DNA of 51,059 nucleotides from a virus (Duplodnaviria > Caudoviricetes): the IMG/VR virus record IMGVR_UViG_3300045738_001902, positions 1 to 51,059 of that record, one strand, 5' to 3'. The notes beneath the pieces were generated by a model. It ran no database searches. It was not told where the DNA came from and saw only the letters and a program-made list of their open reading frames with translations. Each line of letters starts with the position of its first letter. Position 1 is the first letter of the stretch. Below are positions 16,534 to 26,328 of this stretch, piece by piece. Position numbers and translations under genes: made by a program.

Positions 16534-17376
16534 ATGGCCGAAAAAGCGGCACAAAATGCGAATGAGGGTGTTCCCCTGGCGGAGCGCGGAGCGCTCTTCG
16601 GCGCGGTTTCGGGCATGGCTCTCTTGCTCGCGCCGGATCTCGAGCTGGCACCGAAAGACGAGACCGAAACCGAAGTCGATCTTTCGATCCGGTTGCTCGG
16701 CGAGCTGGCGGAGCGCGCGCAGAACGTGGGCGATCGGCTGGCGCAGCTCGATGGTTCGATCGCTGCCTACAAGGGTCAGGTCACCAAGGCGGAAAACGAG
16801 CGCGACGAAGCTACCCAGCGGCTGAATGCCGGTCTCGTCCAGTTCGGCCTCGCGATCCAACGGCAGGTCGAAGCTCCGGAATTCGATACCATCGAGGCGA
16901 CGCTGTCGGCGCTGGGCGAGCTCACCGCGGAGCGCAATGCGCTCAGGCGGTCGCTGTCGGCGCAGAAGGGGGCGACGACGCGGGTGAAAAACGAAGTCGA
17001 GCAGCTCGAGGTCAAGGCGCGCCCGCGGCGACTGGGGCCGATCGACGATCAGCTGTCGACGGCGGAGCTCGCGCAGTTGTTCGCCGATACCGAACGGGTC
17101 GAGATCGCCTTCTCGGACGGGCGGGCCGAGCTCAAAAGCGTGCATCCGGTCTCGGTACCGGGCGCCGCCTTCACCTTCCGGCGCGGGCGGCTCTCGCTCA
17201 CCGTGGGCGATCTCAAGGTGCGCGGTCCGGCGGACGAGCGGCCGCCGCGCGCGCTCAATGGCTATGCGCTGCTGGTCGAGGGCGAACAGGTCGCCTGGGT
17301 GCCGCGGCTCGCGGGGCAGCTCACGCTCGGCGGGGGCACAACCTACCAGTTGAAGGACGACGTCGTTCTGGCGTGA
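16534..17376 (+). CDS. Coiled-coil hypothetical protein, 280 aa
   Basis: RBS AGGAG; heptad-rich centre; beta-rich C-terminus. Confidence 0.7.
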   Translation: MAEKAAQNANEGVPLAERGALFGAVSGMALLLAPDLELAPKDETETEVDLSIRLLGELAERAQNVGDRLAQLDGSIAAYKGQVTKAENERDEATQRLNAGLVQFGLAIQRQVEAPEFDTIEATLSALGELTAERNALRRSLSAQKGATTRVKNEVEQLEVKARPRRLGPIDDQLSTAELAQLFADTERVEIAFSDGRAELKSVHPVSVPGAAFTFRRGRLSLTVGDLKVRGPADERPPRALNGYALLVEGEQVAWVPRLAGQLTLGGGTTYQLKDDVVLA

Positions 17377-17455
17377 CGTCCTTCGCGCGGCCGGCGGGCC
17401 GCTCGATATCCTCTCCCCGCCGGCCGCGTCACCATCCCTTTCCCGGAGCTGTTCG

Positions 17456-19096
17456 ATGATCGCCAATATCCAGGACGAAGACCTCGCCAAGGCGGACCTG
17501 CGCGACCAGGAACGGCTCGAGCATTTGCGCTCGCCCTGGGAGGCGAGCTGGCGCGAGATCGACGAACGGTTCCCGCACGGTGCGGGCGGGTTCAATCGCG
17601 AGACCGCCGGCAATCTGCGATCGGCGCGCAATTTCGACAGCCAGCACATCCTCTCGCTGCGCAAGTTCGCCGCGGCCGGGGTGGCGATCACGACGCCCGA
17701 GCAGGACGATTACATCCGGCCCAAATTCCTCGACGACGATCTCAACCGCGAACGCAGCGTCGAGCTATGGCGATCGAAGACCGGGCGGCGGATCAAGCAG
17801 ATCCGCCATGCGGCGCATACCGGGTTCGCCACTGCGGCAAACGAGGACTGGGATCAGCTGGGGCGCTACGGCACCAGCGGGGTGTGGCAGGAAGCCGGGC
17901 CGCGGGGGATGATCTATCGCTGCCTGCACCTGTCGGAGCTCTACATCGATGTCGATTTTTCCGGCCTGGTCGATCGGGTGCATCGCAAGCTCGAGCTTTC
18001 GGCGCGGCAATGCGAGGACCTGTTTGGGCTGGAGGCGCTGACGGAAAAGATGCGCGACGCGCTCAAGCCGGGCAGCAACAAGGAAAACGAGAAATTCGCG
18101 GTCCTGCACGTCGTCGCGCCGAACCGCAGCTGGGATCGCGAGGCGCTGGACCATAGCCGTTTCCCGATCGGGAGCCGCTACCTGGCGATGGACGAAAAGG
18201 TCTATCTGCGGCGCAAGGGCTATCGCACCATGCCGGTCTCGGTAAGCCGCCACACGACCAGCCCCGGCGAGATCTACGGGCGCTCGCCCGCATTCGACGT
18301 GCTGCCCAATATCCAGGGCGTCCAGGCGATGAAGCACACCACGCTGCGCGCGGCGCACAAGGCGGTGGATCCAGCGCTGGCGTTCCACAACGACGGCGGG
18401 GCGACGAAGATGGCAAGCAAGCCGGGCGGAATGAATCCCGGCTTCGTCGACGAAATGGGCCGCCTGATGGTCCACCGCATGCCCGGCGGCGAGAACGGGT
18501 TGCCGATCGCGCTCGAGATGATCGAAGCCGAGAAGGACACGATCCGGATCGCGTTCCTAGAGGAATTCTACAAAATCCTGACCGATCCCAACTCACGGAT
18601 GACCACCACCGAAGTGCTCGAGGTGATGTCGAAACAGGGCGTCCTCGTGCGGCCCTATGCGAGCCGCTACGAAACCGAAAAGCAACATCCGATGACGCAG
18701 CGCGATCTCGAGCTGATGATGGCGGCGGGACAGGTCGAGGAATTCCCTCCGGAAGTGCAGGAGGCCGGCGCCTGGCCGCTGGTCGATTACGAAAACCCGC
18801 TGGCCGCGATGTCGCGCGCCGAGAACACGGCCAAGACGCTGCGCTTCATGCAGGCGCTGCCGATCCTCGCCGAGGTCGATCCGGCGGTGCGGCTGCGGGT
18901 CGATGCCGAGGCGATGGCCAAGGGCATGGCGGAAGAGATCGGGGTCAAGCCCGAATACATCCGCAGCGACGAAGCGGTCGCCAAGCTCAAGGCCAACGAG
19001 GAAGCGGCCAAGGGCGCGATGGTCAATGCCGAGTTGCTCGAGAAGTCGGCGGGTGCGGTCAAGGATCTGGCGCAGGCCGGCGCGATGGCGGCCTGA
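17456..19096 (+). CDS. Portal (head-tail connector), T7/BPP-1 type, 546 aa
   Basis: GEIYGRSPA and RMTTTEV motifs; size and position. Confidence 0.9.
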   Translation: MIANIQDEDLAKADLRDQERLEHLRSPWEASWREIDERFPHGAGGFNRETAGNLRSARNFDSQHILSLRKFAAAGVAITTPEQDDYIRPKFLDDDLNRERSVELWRSKTGRRIKQIRHAAHTGFATAANEDWDQLGRYGTSGVWQEAGPRGMIYRCLHLSELYIDVDFSGLVDRVHRKLELSARQCEDLFGLEALTEKMRDALKPGSNKENEKFAVLHVVAPNRSWDREALDHSRFPIGSRYLAMDEKVYLRRKGYRTMPVSVSRHTTSPGEIYGRSPAFDVLPNIQGVQAMKHTTLRAAHKAVDPALAFHNDGGATKMASKPGGMNPGFVDEMGRLMVHRMPGGENGLPIALEMIEAEKDTIRIAFLEEFYKILTDPNSRMTTTEVLEVMSKQGVLVRPYASRYETEKQHPMTQRDLELMMAAGQVEEFPPEVQEAGAWPLVDYENPLAAMSRAENTAKTLRFMQALPILAEVDPAVRLRVDAEAMAKGMAEEIGVKPEYIRSDEAVAKLKANEEAAKGAMVNAELLEKSAGAVKDLAQAGAMAA

Positions 19097-19098
19097 CG

Positions 19099-19458
19099 AT
19101 GGCGGTTAGCGAGCAGAACCGGATCCGCTATCGCGCCATTCAGGTGTCGCGGCAGGTCAAGTGGATCTTCATGGCGCCGCCGGAGCGGCTCGCGCGCTGG
19201 TTGGCGGGCAAGTTGCTGTTCGGGATGCTGCTGCGCTGGCTGTTCAACGGGCCGGACGGCAAGCCGCATGTCGCCGGCGAGATCGTGCTCGCCGAGCTGC
19301 GCAATCGCTACGCCCTGGGGTCGGTGTTCTCAGACGATCCGCTGGTGATGGCGCGCAAGGTGGGGCGCCGCGAGGTGTTCGACGATCTGATTTTTTATCT
19401 CAACCTGGACGAAGGAACCGTCCAAAGACTGATGGAGCTCGACGATGGACTCGATTGA
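19099..19458 (+). CDS. Conserved podovirus protein after the portal (Bbp19-like)
   Basis: GEIVLAEL...DP.......GRREV pattern; synteny. Confidence 0.65.
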   Translation: MAVSEQNRIRYRAIQVSRQVKWIFMAPPERLARWLAGKLLFGMLLRWLFNGPDGKPHVAGEIVLAELRNRYALGSVFSDDPLVMARKVGRREVFDDLIFYLNLDEGTVQRLMELDDGLD

Positions 19459-20452
19459 TGGCGGCGCAGGCGGCGCTGGTGGCGATGGCGGCGGCAATGT
19501 GGGCGGCGCGGCTGATTTTCTCGGTGATGGCGCCCAGGCCGGCGGCGGCGACGGTGGTGCCGCAGGCGGCGCTGCGGACGGCGCGGGGGCCGGCGCTGGC
19601 GGGGGGACCGGCGGTGGTGCCGATGGTGCCGCCGCTGCAGGCGGCGACGGGGCGGGCGGCGATCCGCAATGGTTCGCCGATCTTTCCGGGGAGACCGGCG
19701 AAGGCGAGAGCGCCAGCAATCTCGACTGGGTGAAATCGAAGGGTTTCAAGTCGCAGGACGATATCGTCAAATCGCTCCGCTCGGCCGAGAAGCGGTTGCA
19801 CGAGGGCGGCGGGATCAAGGTGCCGGGCGACGACGCGAAGCCCGAAGACATCGCGGCCTATCGCACTGCGATCGGCGTCCCGGAGAAGCCCGACGGCTAT
19901 GCGCTGCCGGCGCCAAAGGATGCCGCGGGCAATCCGATCGAGATCAACACCGCGGTGATGGAGCGGGTCACCCAGGCGGCGCACAAGCATGGCATTCCCA
20001 AGGCCTCGCTCGATGCCGTGCTCGAGGACCTGGTCGCGGCGGATGTCGCCGATCACGATACGCTGGTGAAGGATCGCCAGGCCAAGGCCGGCGAGCACGT
20101 CAAGGGCTGGGGCGACGATCGCGAGGCGAAGCTGGCGCAGGTGAATGCGGCGGCCAAGGAAGCCGGGTTCACGCGCGAGGACATGGAATATCTGCGCGGA
20201 CTGCCGAGCGGCCCGGGCAAGGTGCTCGATCACCTGGCCAAGCATGGTGCCAATTTCAGCGAGGACAGCTTGGTGCGCGGTGAAAGCCGGACCTTCGGGA
20301 TGACATCCGCGCAGGCGCAGAAGGAAATCGACGCGATCAAGGCCGATTCCTCGCTGCTCGACAAGGCGCTGGTCCCCGGAACGGCCGAGAATGCCCGGTA
20401 CAACCGCGCGCTCGAGGCGCTGGGCGCCGCGGCGGACAAGGTGGAAGCGTAA
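19445..20452 (+). CDS. Capsid assembly/scaffold protein with a Gly/Ala-rich N-terminus
   Basis: IGVPEKPDGY motif; position between portal and capsid genes. Confidence 0.75.
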   Translation: MDSIDGGAGGAGGDGGGNVGGAADFLGDGAQAGGGDGGAAGGAADGAGAGAGGGTGGGADGAAAAGGDGAGGDPQWFADLSGETGEGESASNLDWVKSKGFKSQDDIVKSLRSAEKRLHEGGGIKVPGDDAKPEDIAAYRTAIGVPEKPDGYALPAPKDAAGNPIEINTAVMERVTQAAHKHGIPKASLDAVLEDLVAADVADHDTLVKDRQAKAGEHVKGWGDDREAKLAQVNAAAKEAGFTREDMEYLRGLPSGPGKVLDHLAKHGANFSEDSLVRGESRTFGMTSAQAQKEIDAIKADSSLLDKALVPGTAENARYNRALEALGAAADKVEA

Positions 20453-20453
20453 C

Positions 20454-20508
20454 TGTAAGGGGATATCTTACTTAATCGCTTGACTTTGGCACCTGCCTGC
20501 GGGATTTT
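20454..20508 (+). promoter_or_regulatory. Operator-like site and putative promoter upstream of the capsid gene
   Basis: TGTAAGGG-GAT-ATCTTACT at 20454-20472 followed by TTGACT at 20480-20485. Confidence 0.5.
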
Positions 20509-20717
20509 TGGCCCGCAGGCGCGACCGGGGGGTCCGCGCTTCGCTTACGAAGCTCGGGCCCCTTTCGCATCTCAGTCTCCGGCAAGCCCCTCCCAGAGTG
20601 CGGCCCGGAGCCCCGCCGCGGATGCGGCCGCCGATCGCGGGCGTAAAACGATAGAATGGCCCGGCGCGCCGGCAAGCCTTTCGCATTCGGTCTAAACCCC
20701 AAATGACGGAGGGCCAG

Positions 20718-21653
20718 ATGAGCCAGAACGTCCCCAATAGCTTTCAAGTAAAGTTCCAGAACAACGTCGAGCTGGTACTCCAGCAGCAACAGTCGCGGCT
20801 GATGTCTTCGGGCGCTGTCGTCGTCCAGAACGAGACCGGGGCCGAAAAGGTCAAGATCAAGGATCTGGTCGGCAACACGGCGCCGCGCGAAGCCACCGAT
20901 CGGCACGGTCGCACCGAATGGGGCAACCGGACCTATGACGGGATCTGGATCCCCAAGCCGCCCGAGCTCTACGATGCCGATCTGGTCGACAATGACGACG
21001 AGCTCGCCACCGCGATCAGCCTGAGCGGTACCGCCACCATGGCGGCCGCCGGAACGCTCAACCGGGCCAAGGACCAGCGCATCCTCGAAGGGTTCTACGG
21101 CGATGTCATCAGCGGCAAGCATGGCACCACCACGACCGCCTTCCCGAGCGGCAACATCGTCCCGGTGACCACCGGCGGCGCGAGCGGTCCGCAGCCGCTC
21201 AACACCCGCAAGCTGCGCGAGGCCAAGGTCATGCTCGGCGAGGCGCATGTCGATCCGACGCGCAAGCGGTTCATGGTGCTGACCGAAGAGGACAACGACT
21301 CGCTGCTGGACGAAGTGCCGGCGACCAGCACCGATTTCCAGAGCGCGTTCGGGGCCAAGGTCGACGAGAACGGCACGCTGATCAGGATGTTGGGGTTCCA
21401 CTTCATCCCGATCGAGCTCGACAATCCGCTGCTCACCACGATCCCGGATCTCGCGACCGATGCGAACGGCTATCGCAAGACGCCGTTCTGGGCCGCAGGC
21501 GGCCTCGTGGCGAACGTCTGGCAGGCGCTGCGGACCGAAGTCGGCAAGATCCCGGAACTGCGGTTCTCCAAGGGCTACTACGCCGGCACCACGCTGGGCG
21601 CGACGCGGTCGCAGGCCGGCATGTCGGGGGTCATCCTCAACCAGAAGCGCTGA
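20718..21653 (+). CDS. Major capsid protein, 311 aa
   Basis: RBS GGAGG; F..NVELVLQQQQSRL N-terminus, LNRAKDQRIL, MLGFHFI; synteny. Confidence 0.88.
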   Translation: MSQNVPNSFQVKFQNNVELVLQQQQSRLMSSGAVVVQNETGAEKVKIKDLVGNTAPREATDRHGRTEWGNRTYDGIWIPKPPELYDADLVDNDDELATAISLSGTATMAAAGTLNRAKDQRILEGFYGDVISGKHGTTTTAFPSGNIVPVTTGGASGPQPLNTRKLREAKVMLGEAHVDPTRKRFMVLTEEDNDSLLDEVPATSTDFQSAFGAKVDENGTLIRMLGFHFIPIELDNPLLTTIPDLATDANGYRKTPFWAAGGLVANVWQALRTEVGKIPELRFSKGYYAGTTLGATRSQAGMSGVILNQKR

Positions 21654-21738
21654 CCAGGTGCGGCGGGGCCTGCCGGTCCCGCCGCTTCCCCGCCCATGAC
21701 CCGGCGATAGCTCCGGCGAGGCAGACAGGAGAAACACG

Positions 21739-22182
21739 ATGGCATTTCACTACGTCAAGCAGCAGGTGGGGGTCGCCGATGGGACCAACCCGCCCGATCG
21801 CGCCGATGGTCGCGAAGTCGTGGCCAACAAGGTCTCGACGCTCGCCAGCAAGGTGCCTGGCACCGCCTGGGCGTCGGCGGACCGGATCTATCTGGGCAAG
21901 CGCCCGGCCGGCTACAAGCTGGTGGCGGCCCGCGTCACCAGCGACACCAGCCTTTCGACCAGCACGCTGGCGATCGGCAGCGAGGCCACGGCGGACAAGT
22001 ACGTCGCGGCGCAGGGCAGCCTTACCGCTACGGACACGTCGCAGGCGCTGAAAGTCAAGGCCTCCACGCTCGACGATGATCCGGTCGACGAGGAAGAGGC
22101 GCTGTGGGCGACCGTCGGCACGGCAGCGATCGCCTCGGCGACGCTGCTGACCATCGAGCTGGAATTCGTCGGCATCAGCTGA
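21739..22182 (+). CDS. Capsid-associated (decoration/cement-like) protein, 147 aa
   Basis: Beta-rich; strong RBS; directly after the capsid gene. Confidence 0.6.
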   Translation: MAFHYVKQQVGVADGTNPPDRADGREVVANKVSTLASKVPGTAWASADRIYLGKRPAGYKLVAARVTSDTSLSTSTLAIGSEATADKYVAAQGSLTATDTSQALKVKASTLDDDPVDEEEALWATVGTAAIASATLLTIELEFVGIS

Positions 22183-22295
22183 TCGATCCGGGCAAGCGGT
22201 CCGGCGGCCCTATCCGCCGGATCGCGCGGGGAGGCGGCGCGCTGCGTCGAGGCAAGCCGCCTCCTCCGCGAACATCCTGACAGGAGAAGGCGCGC

Positions 22296-22499
22296 ATGGC
22301 CGAACAGTACAAGTACACCGGGAAATACGGCGCTCTGGATCGCGGCGATATCGCGGTCGCGGTCGGTGCCGCCGAAGCGCAGAGCGACACGGTGAGCGTC
22401 AACATCGATGTCACCAACATGAGCCGGGCGGAAGCGGTCCATGCGATCGAGAAGATCAAGGCGAAGATCCTCGCCGAGCCCTGGCCGCCGCTCGCCTGA
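22296..22499 (+). CDS. Small virion-region protein, 67 aa
   Basis: RBS AGGAG; coding-like composition. Confidence 0.65.
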   Translation: MAEQYKYTGKYGALDRGDIAVAVGAAEAQSDTVSVNIDVTNMSRAEAVHAIEKIKAKILAEPWPPLA

Positions 22500-22519
22500 T
22501 CGACTGACGGAGCGACCGG

Positions 22520-23131
22520 GTGAGCAGCTATGCCGAAATCGCCAATCGCGCAGCGGTCGCAGTGGGAACTTCGGCCCGGTTGACCGCGCCCGGCGACGAC
22601 ACGGTGCTCGGCCGTGCCGTCGCCGCGGTATGGAATATCGAGCGCCGGGCGGCGATCCGCGACGGTGGCTGGAATTTCGCCATGCGGCGCGCGACCCTGC
22701 CGCGCCTGGTGGAGCGACCGAAGCACGGCTATTCGGCGCAATACGAACTGCCGAGCGATTGCCTCAAGCTGGTCGAGCTGTTCGGCGGTGAACGGTTGCG
22801 GTACCAGCTTGAGGGGCGACAGATCCTCGCGGATGCGACCGGCGGGCTCGATATCCGCTATCTCGCCGACGTCGCGGAGCCGACGGCGTTCGATCCCGGT
22901 TTCGTCGGGGCCTTCGCGCTGCGGATCGCCTGCGCGATCGGCGGCAAGATCGCGGGATCCAGTTTCGACAAGCGCGGGTGCTGGAACGAATATCTCGCTG
23001 CGGTGGCCGATGCCCGCGGGGCCGATGCGCTCGAGAACCCGCCGCTCGAGCAGGAAGAAAGCGACTGGGTGCTGGCGCGCTATCGCGGCGAGGGCGCCGG
23101 AACATTGAGCAATTGGGTAGACGGCGGATGA
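22520..23131 (+). CDS. Tail adaptor (tail tubular protein A-like), 203 aa
   Basis: EIANRA, WNFAMRR, YELPSDCL motifs. Confidence 0.82.
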   Translation: MSSYAEIANRAAVAVGTSARLTAPGDDTVLGRAVAAVWNIERRAAIRDGGWNFAMRRATLPRLVERPKHGYSAQYELPSDCLKLVELFGGERLRYQLEGRQILADATGGLDIRYLADVAEPTAFDPGFVGAFALRIACAIGGKIAGSSFDKRGCWNEYLAAVADARGADALENPPLEQEESDWVLARYRGEGAGTLSNWVDGG

Positions 23132-25371
23132 GCGTCGTCCGTCACCTCCAGACCGGTTTCATGGCCGGCGAGCTCGATCCCTATCTCGACGGGCGCATCG
23201 ACACGCAGCAATATGCGTTCGGGCTCTCGACCTGCGAGAACTGGATCCCGCTGTCCGAAGGGCCACTGGTCAAGCGCCAGGGCTTCGCATTCGTGCGCGA
23301 GGCAGCGCCGAGCGCCAGCTGGCTGACCGCCTTCCGGCGGTCGATCGACCAGGAATATGCGCTCGAATGGAGCGACAACGCGCTGCGGTTCTTCACGCTG
23401 GGCGGGCGGCTCGAGACCTCGCCGGGAACGGCTTACCAGGTCGCGACCCCTTATGCCGCCAGCGAGGCGCCGCAGCTGTCGCAGCAACAGAGCTACGACC
23501 GGCTCTATTTCAACCACGGCGATCATCCGCCGGCGGCACTGCGGCGCGACAGCACCCTCGCCTTCGCCTTCGAGACGCTCGTTCTCGAGAATGGCCCCTT
23601 CCTCAACATGAACACCGATGAAGCGCTGGTGGTCAGCGCAAGCGGCACGACAGGCGCCATCACGCTGACCGGGAGCGCAGGGGTGTTCTCGCCCGGCCGC
23701 GTGGGCGGCGCCATCCGGCTCGAGGCGAGGGATTTCGCCGTCATCCCGCAATGGGAACCGGGCATGAAGGATGTCGCGGTGGGCCAGAAGGTCCGCAATC
23801 GCGGCAAGGTCTATGTCGCGGCCAGCGGCGGAACGACCGGTTCGGTCGAACCCGAGCATATCGAGGGCACCTATTACGACGGGCAGAACAAAAAGGATCT
23901 GCTCAACGACAAGGGTCCGTACGGAGTGCGCTGGACCTACGTCCACGACCGGTTCGGCATCGCGCGGATCAATTCGGTAACCGGCAACACCGCCGGCGCC
24001 ACGGTGGAGCGAACCCTCCCTGACAGCATCGCATCGGGCACCTATCGCTGGGCGCACCAGGCGTTCTCCGAAGCGGAGGGCTGGCCCAGCCTGGTTACGC
24101 TCTACAAGGGCCGCCGGGTCGATTTCAAGGATCTCTACGTCATCGGCTCGGTCGTCGATGATTACGGCGGCGGGCGGGTCAATTATTCGACGCATACCGT
24201 GGCCGGCGAGCTGGCCACCGATCTCGGGTTCCGGCGGACGATCGCCAGCGAGGATCCGCCGCTGTGGGTGAGCAACGATCGCAAGCTGCTGGTAGGAACG
24301 GCAAGCCAGGAGCTGGCGATCGGGGCGGCCAATTCCGGTGCCGGGTTCTCGGGCGAGAACATCGAGGCGGAACCGCAGAGCTATTACGGCAGCGAGCTGG
24401 TGATGCCGGTGCGGATCGCCACCGAGACGATCTTCGTCGAGCGCGGCGGACGCCGGCTGCGCAGCGCCGATTACGATTTCGGGCGGGATCGCTACGACGC
24501 GCCCGATCTGACCGCGACGGCACGGCATATCACCCAGAGCGGGATCGTGCAGCTGGCTTATCAGCGGGTGCCTTTCAGCCTCGTCCATGCGGTACGCGGG
24601 GACGGGCAGATCGTCGTCCACCCCAAGACGCGCAGCGAGATCAAGGGGCTGGCGCGGATCCGTCTGGGAGGCGGTGCGCGCGCACTGTCGGGCGTGTCAA
24701 TTGTGGGTGAGGACCGCAAGACGGACGATCTGTGGCTGCTCGTCGAGCGCGAAAATGGGGCCGGCGCGACGGTGCGCGAGATCTGGAAGCAGGAAGCCTG
24801 GCGCGAACTGGGCACCGATCAGAAGCAAGCCTTCTTCGTCGACGGGGGCGTGCGGATCGCTGCCTCTGCCGGCGACGGTCATTTCACCGGCCTGGGGCAT
24901 CTCGCCGGGCAGGCGGTTGCAGTGCTGGCCAACGGGTTCGTCATCACCGGCCTGTCGGTCGATGCCGCCGGCGAGCTCGACCTGCCGGCGCAAAACGTGC
25001 CAGCGTATGACTACACCGTGATTGTGGGGCTCGCCTACAGAGCGACGGCCACCACGATGCGGCCGGAAATCCGCTCTGATGGCGGGAGTTCGGCGGGCTT
25101 GCGACAGCGCCTTATCAAGGTGGCACTGCGGATGCTGGACAGCCTGGGGATCAAGGTGAGCGTGCCCGGCGGCGTGACCGAAGAGATCATCGATCGCCGC
25201 GGCGGCCAGTCGATGGACGAACCGGTGCCGCTGTTCTCCGGAGACAGCGATGGGCTGGTCGAGGCGGAATACGACCGCGACGGGCGGGCAAGCTGGATCA
25301 GCGAAGTTCCCCTGCCTGCCACGGTCGCGCTTGCGGCGCTCAATGTCGATGTGAGCTGGCGCGATGAGTAG
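23128..25371 (+). CDS. Tail nozzle (tail tubular protein B-like), 747 aa
   Basis: QTGFMAGELDP.L.GR.D...Y N-terminus; GWPS; FVERGG; position. Confidence 0.85.
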   Translation: MSVVRHLQTGFMAGELDPYLDGRIDTQQYAFGLSTCENWIPLSEGPLVKRQGFAFVREAAPSASWLTAFRRSIDQEYALEWSDNALRFFTLGGRLETSPGTAYQVATPYAASEAPQLSQQQSYDRLYFNHGDHPPAALRRDSTLAFAFETLVLENGPFLNMNTDEALVVSASGTTGAITLTGSAGVFSPGRVGGAIRLEARDFAVIPQWEPGMKDVAVGQKVRNRGKVYVAASGGTTGSVEPEHIEGTYYDGQNKKDLLNDKGPYGVRWTYVHDRFGIARINSVTGNTAGATVERTLPDSIASGTYRWAHQAFSEAEGWPSLVTLYKGRRVDFKDLYVIGSVVDDYGGGRVNYSTHTVAGELATDLGFRRTIASEDPPLWVSNDRKLLVGTASQELAIGAANSGAGFSGENIEAEPQSYYGSELVMPVRIATETIFVERGGRRLRSADYDFGRDRYDAPDLTATARHITQSGIVQLAYQRVPFSLVHAVRGDGQIVVHPKTRSEIKGLARIRLGGGARALSGVSIVGEDRKTDDLWLLVERENGAGATVREIWKQEAWRELGTDQKQAFFVDGGVRIAASAGDGHFTGLGHLAGQAVAVLANGFVITGLSVDAAGELDLPAQNVPAYDYTVIVGLAYRATATTMRPEIRSDGGSSAGLRQRLIKVALRMLDSLGIKVSVPGGVTEEIIDRRGGQSMDEPVPLFSGDSDGLVEAEYDRDGRASWISEVPLPATVALAALNVDVSWRDE

Positions 25372-25879
25372 GCTCGATTTCCACCGGCTCGAGCCGGACG
25401 ATCTGCTCGAGATCGACCGCCAGGAGAGCCAGCTGCTGTGGCTCGGCGCGCCGGGCGACGTGGATCGCGAGAGCGCCGCGATTTTGGCGGCGGAGCCGGT
25501 TGCGTGGACGGCATGGGGCGATGGCCGCATCGTCGCCTGTTTTGGCATCAGCGAGACCTTTCCGGGCGTGCAGGGAGTAGCCTGGGCTCTGCTCGGCCGC
25601 GAAATCGGATCGCAGCACCTGGCGCTGACGCGCTTCATGGCGCGCGAGATCCGCGAATGCGGGTTGGAGCGGCTCGAGCTGCTCGCGAAGGCGAACGAAG
25701 TCGAGGACGTGGCCGAGGCGATCCCCGACATCGATCCGGGAATTCTGACCAAGGTGGCGATGGTCGAACCGACGCCCGAATGTCGGTTCGCACTGCTGCT
25801 GGGAATGCAGCCGATGCATTGCCTGCGCAGGTTCGGCGCGGCGAGCGAAACCTACATGCTGTTCGAGAGGTTTGGCTGA
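25364..25879 (+). CDS. GNAT-fold-like tail/core assembly protein (T7 gp13 position)
   Basis: GRIVACFGI...GVAWAL; follows the nozzle gene. Confidence 0.6.
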   Translation: MSRLDFHRLEPDDLLEIDRQESQLLWLGAPGDVDRESAAILAAEPVAWTAWGDGRIVACFGISETFPGVQGVAWALLGREIGSQHLALTRFMAREIRECGLERLELLAKANEVEDVAEAIPDIDPGILTKVAMVEPTPECRFALLLGMQPMHCLRRFGAASETYMLFERFG

Positions 25880-26328
25880 TGGTCCAGGCGCTTCCCTTCC
25901 TCGCGGCGGCCGGATCGATGGTCAAGGGCGTCGGCGGCCTGATGGCCGGCAATGAGAACCGGCGTTCGGCCTATGCGCAGGCGGGCGAGGAGCGGCGCGC
26001 CGCGGCGGGCCAGATCCGGCGGGTGAAGACCGATGCGCGCCGCAAGATCGGCGAGCAGCTGACGATGATGGCGGGCGGCGGCTTCGAGGGTGCGAGCGCC
26101 GGCGGGACCGCGCTCGATGCGCTGCGCGAAAGCCAGGTCGAAGCGGCGATGGATGTGCTCGAGCTGCGGCGGCAGGGAGTGCTGCGCAGCAGGGCGCTCG
26201 AGCGGCAGGGCGACAACGCGCGGCGCGAAGGACGATTCGCGCTGGTCTCGGGCATTTTGGGGGCAGGCAGCTCCTACATTCAGGGCAAGAACGACTGGGC
26301 GCAGGCGCGCGCCGGGGAAGGCGGCTGA
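25879..26328 (+). CDS. Small ejection (internal virion) protein, 149 aa
   Basis: TGATG coupling; Gly/Ala-rich ends; GGTALD motif. Confidence 0.7.
   Translation: MVQALPFLAAAGSMVKGVGGLMAGNENRRSAYAQAGEERRAAAGQIRRVKTDARRKIGEQLTMMAGGGFEGASAGGTALDALRESQVEAAMDVLELRRQGVLRSRALERQGDNARREGRFALVSGILGAGSSYIQGKNDWAQARAGEGG

Noticed and set aside
19460-19660. GGC-rich tract as a separate repeat element
   Set aside because: Encodes the Gly/Ala-rich N-terminus of the scaffold protein
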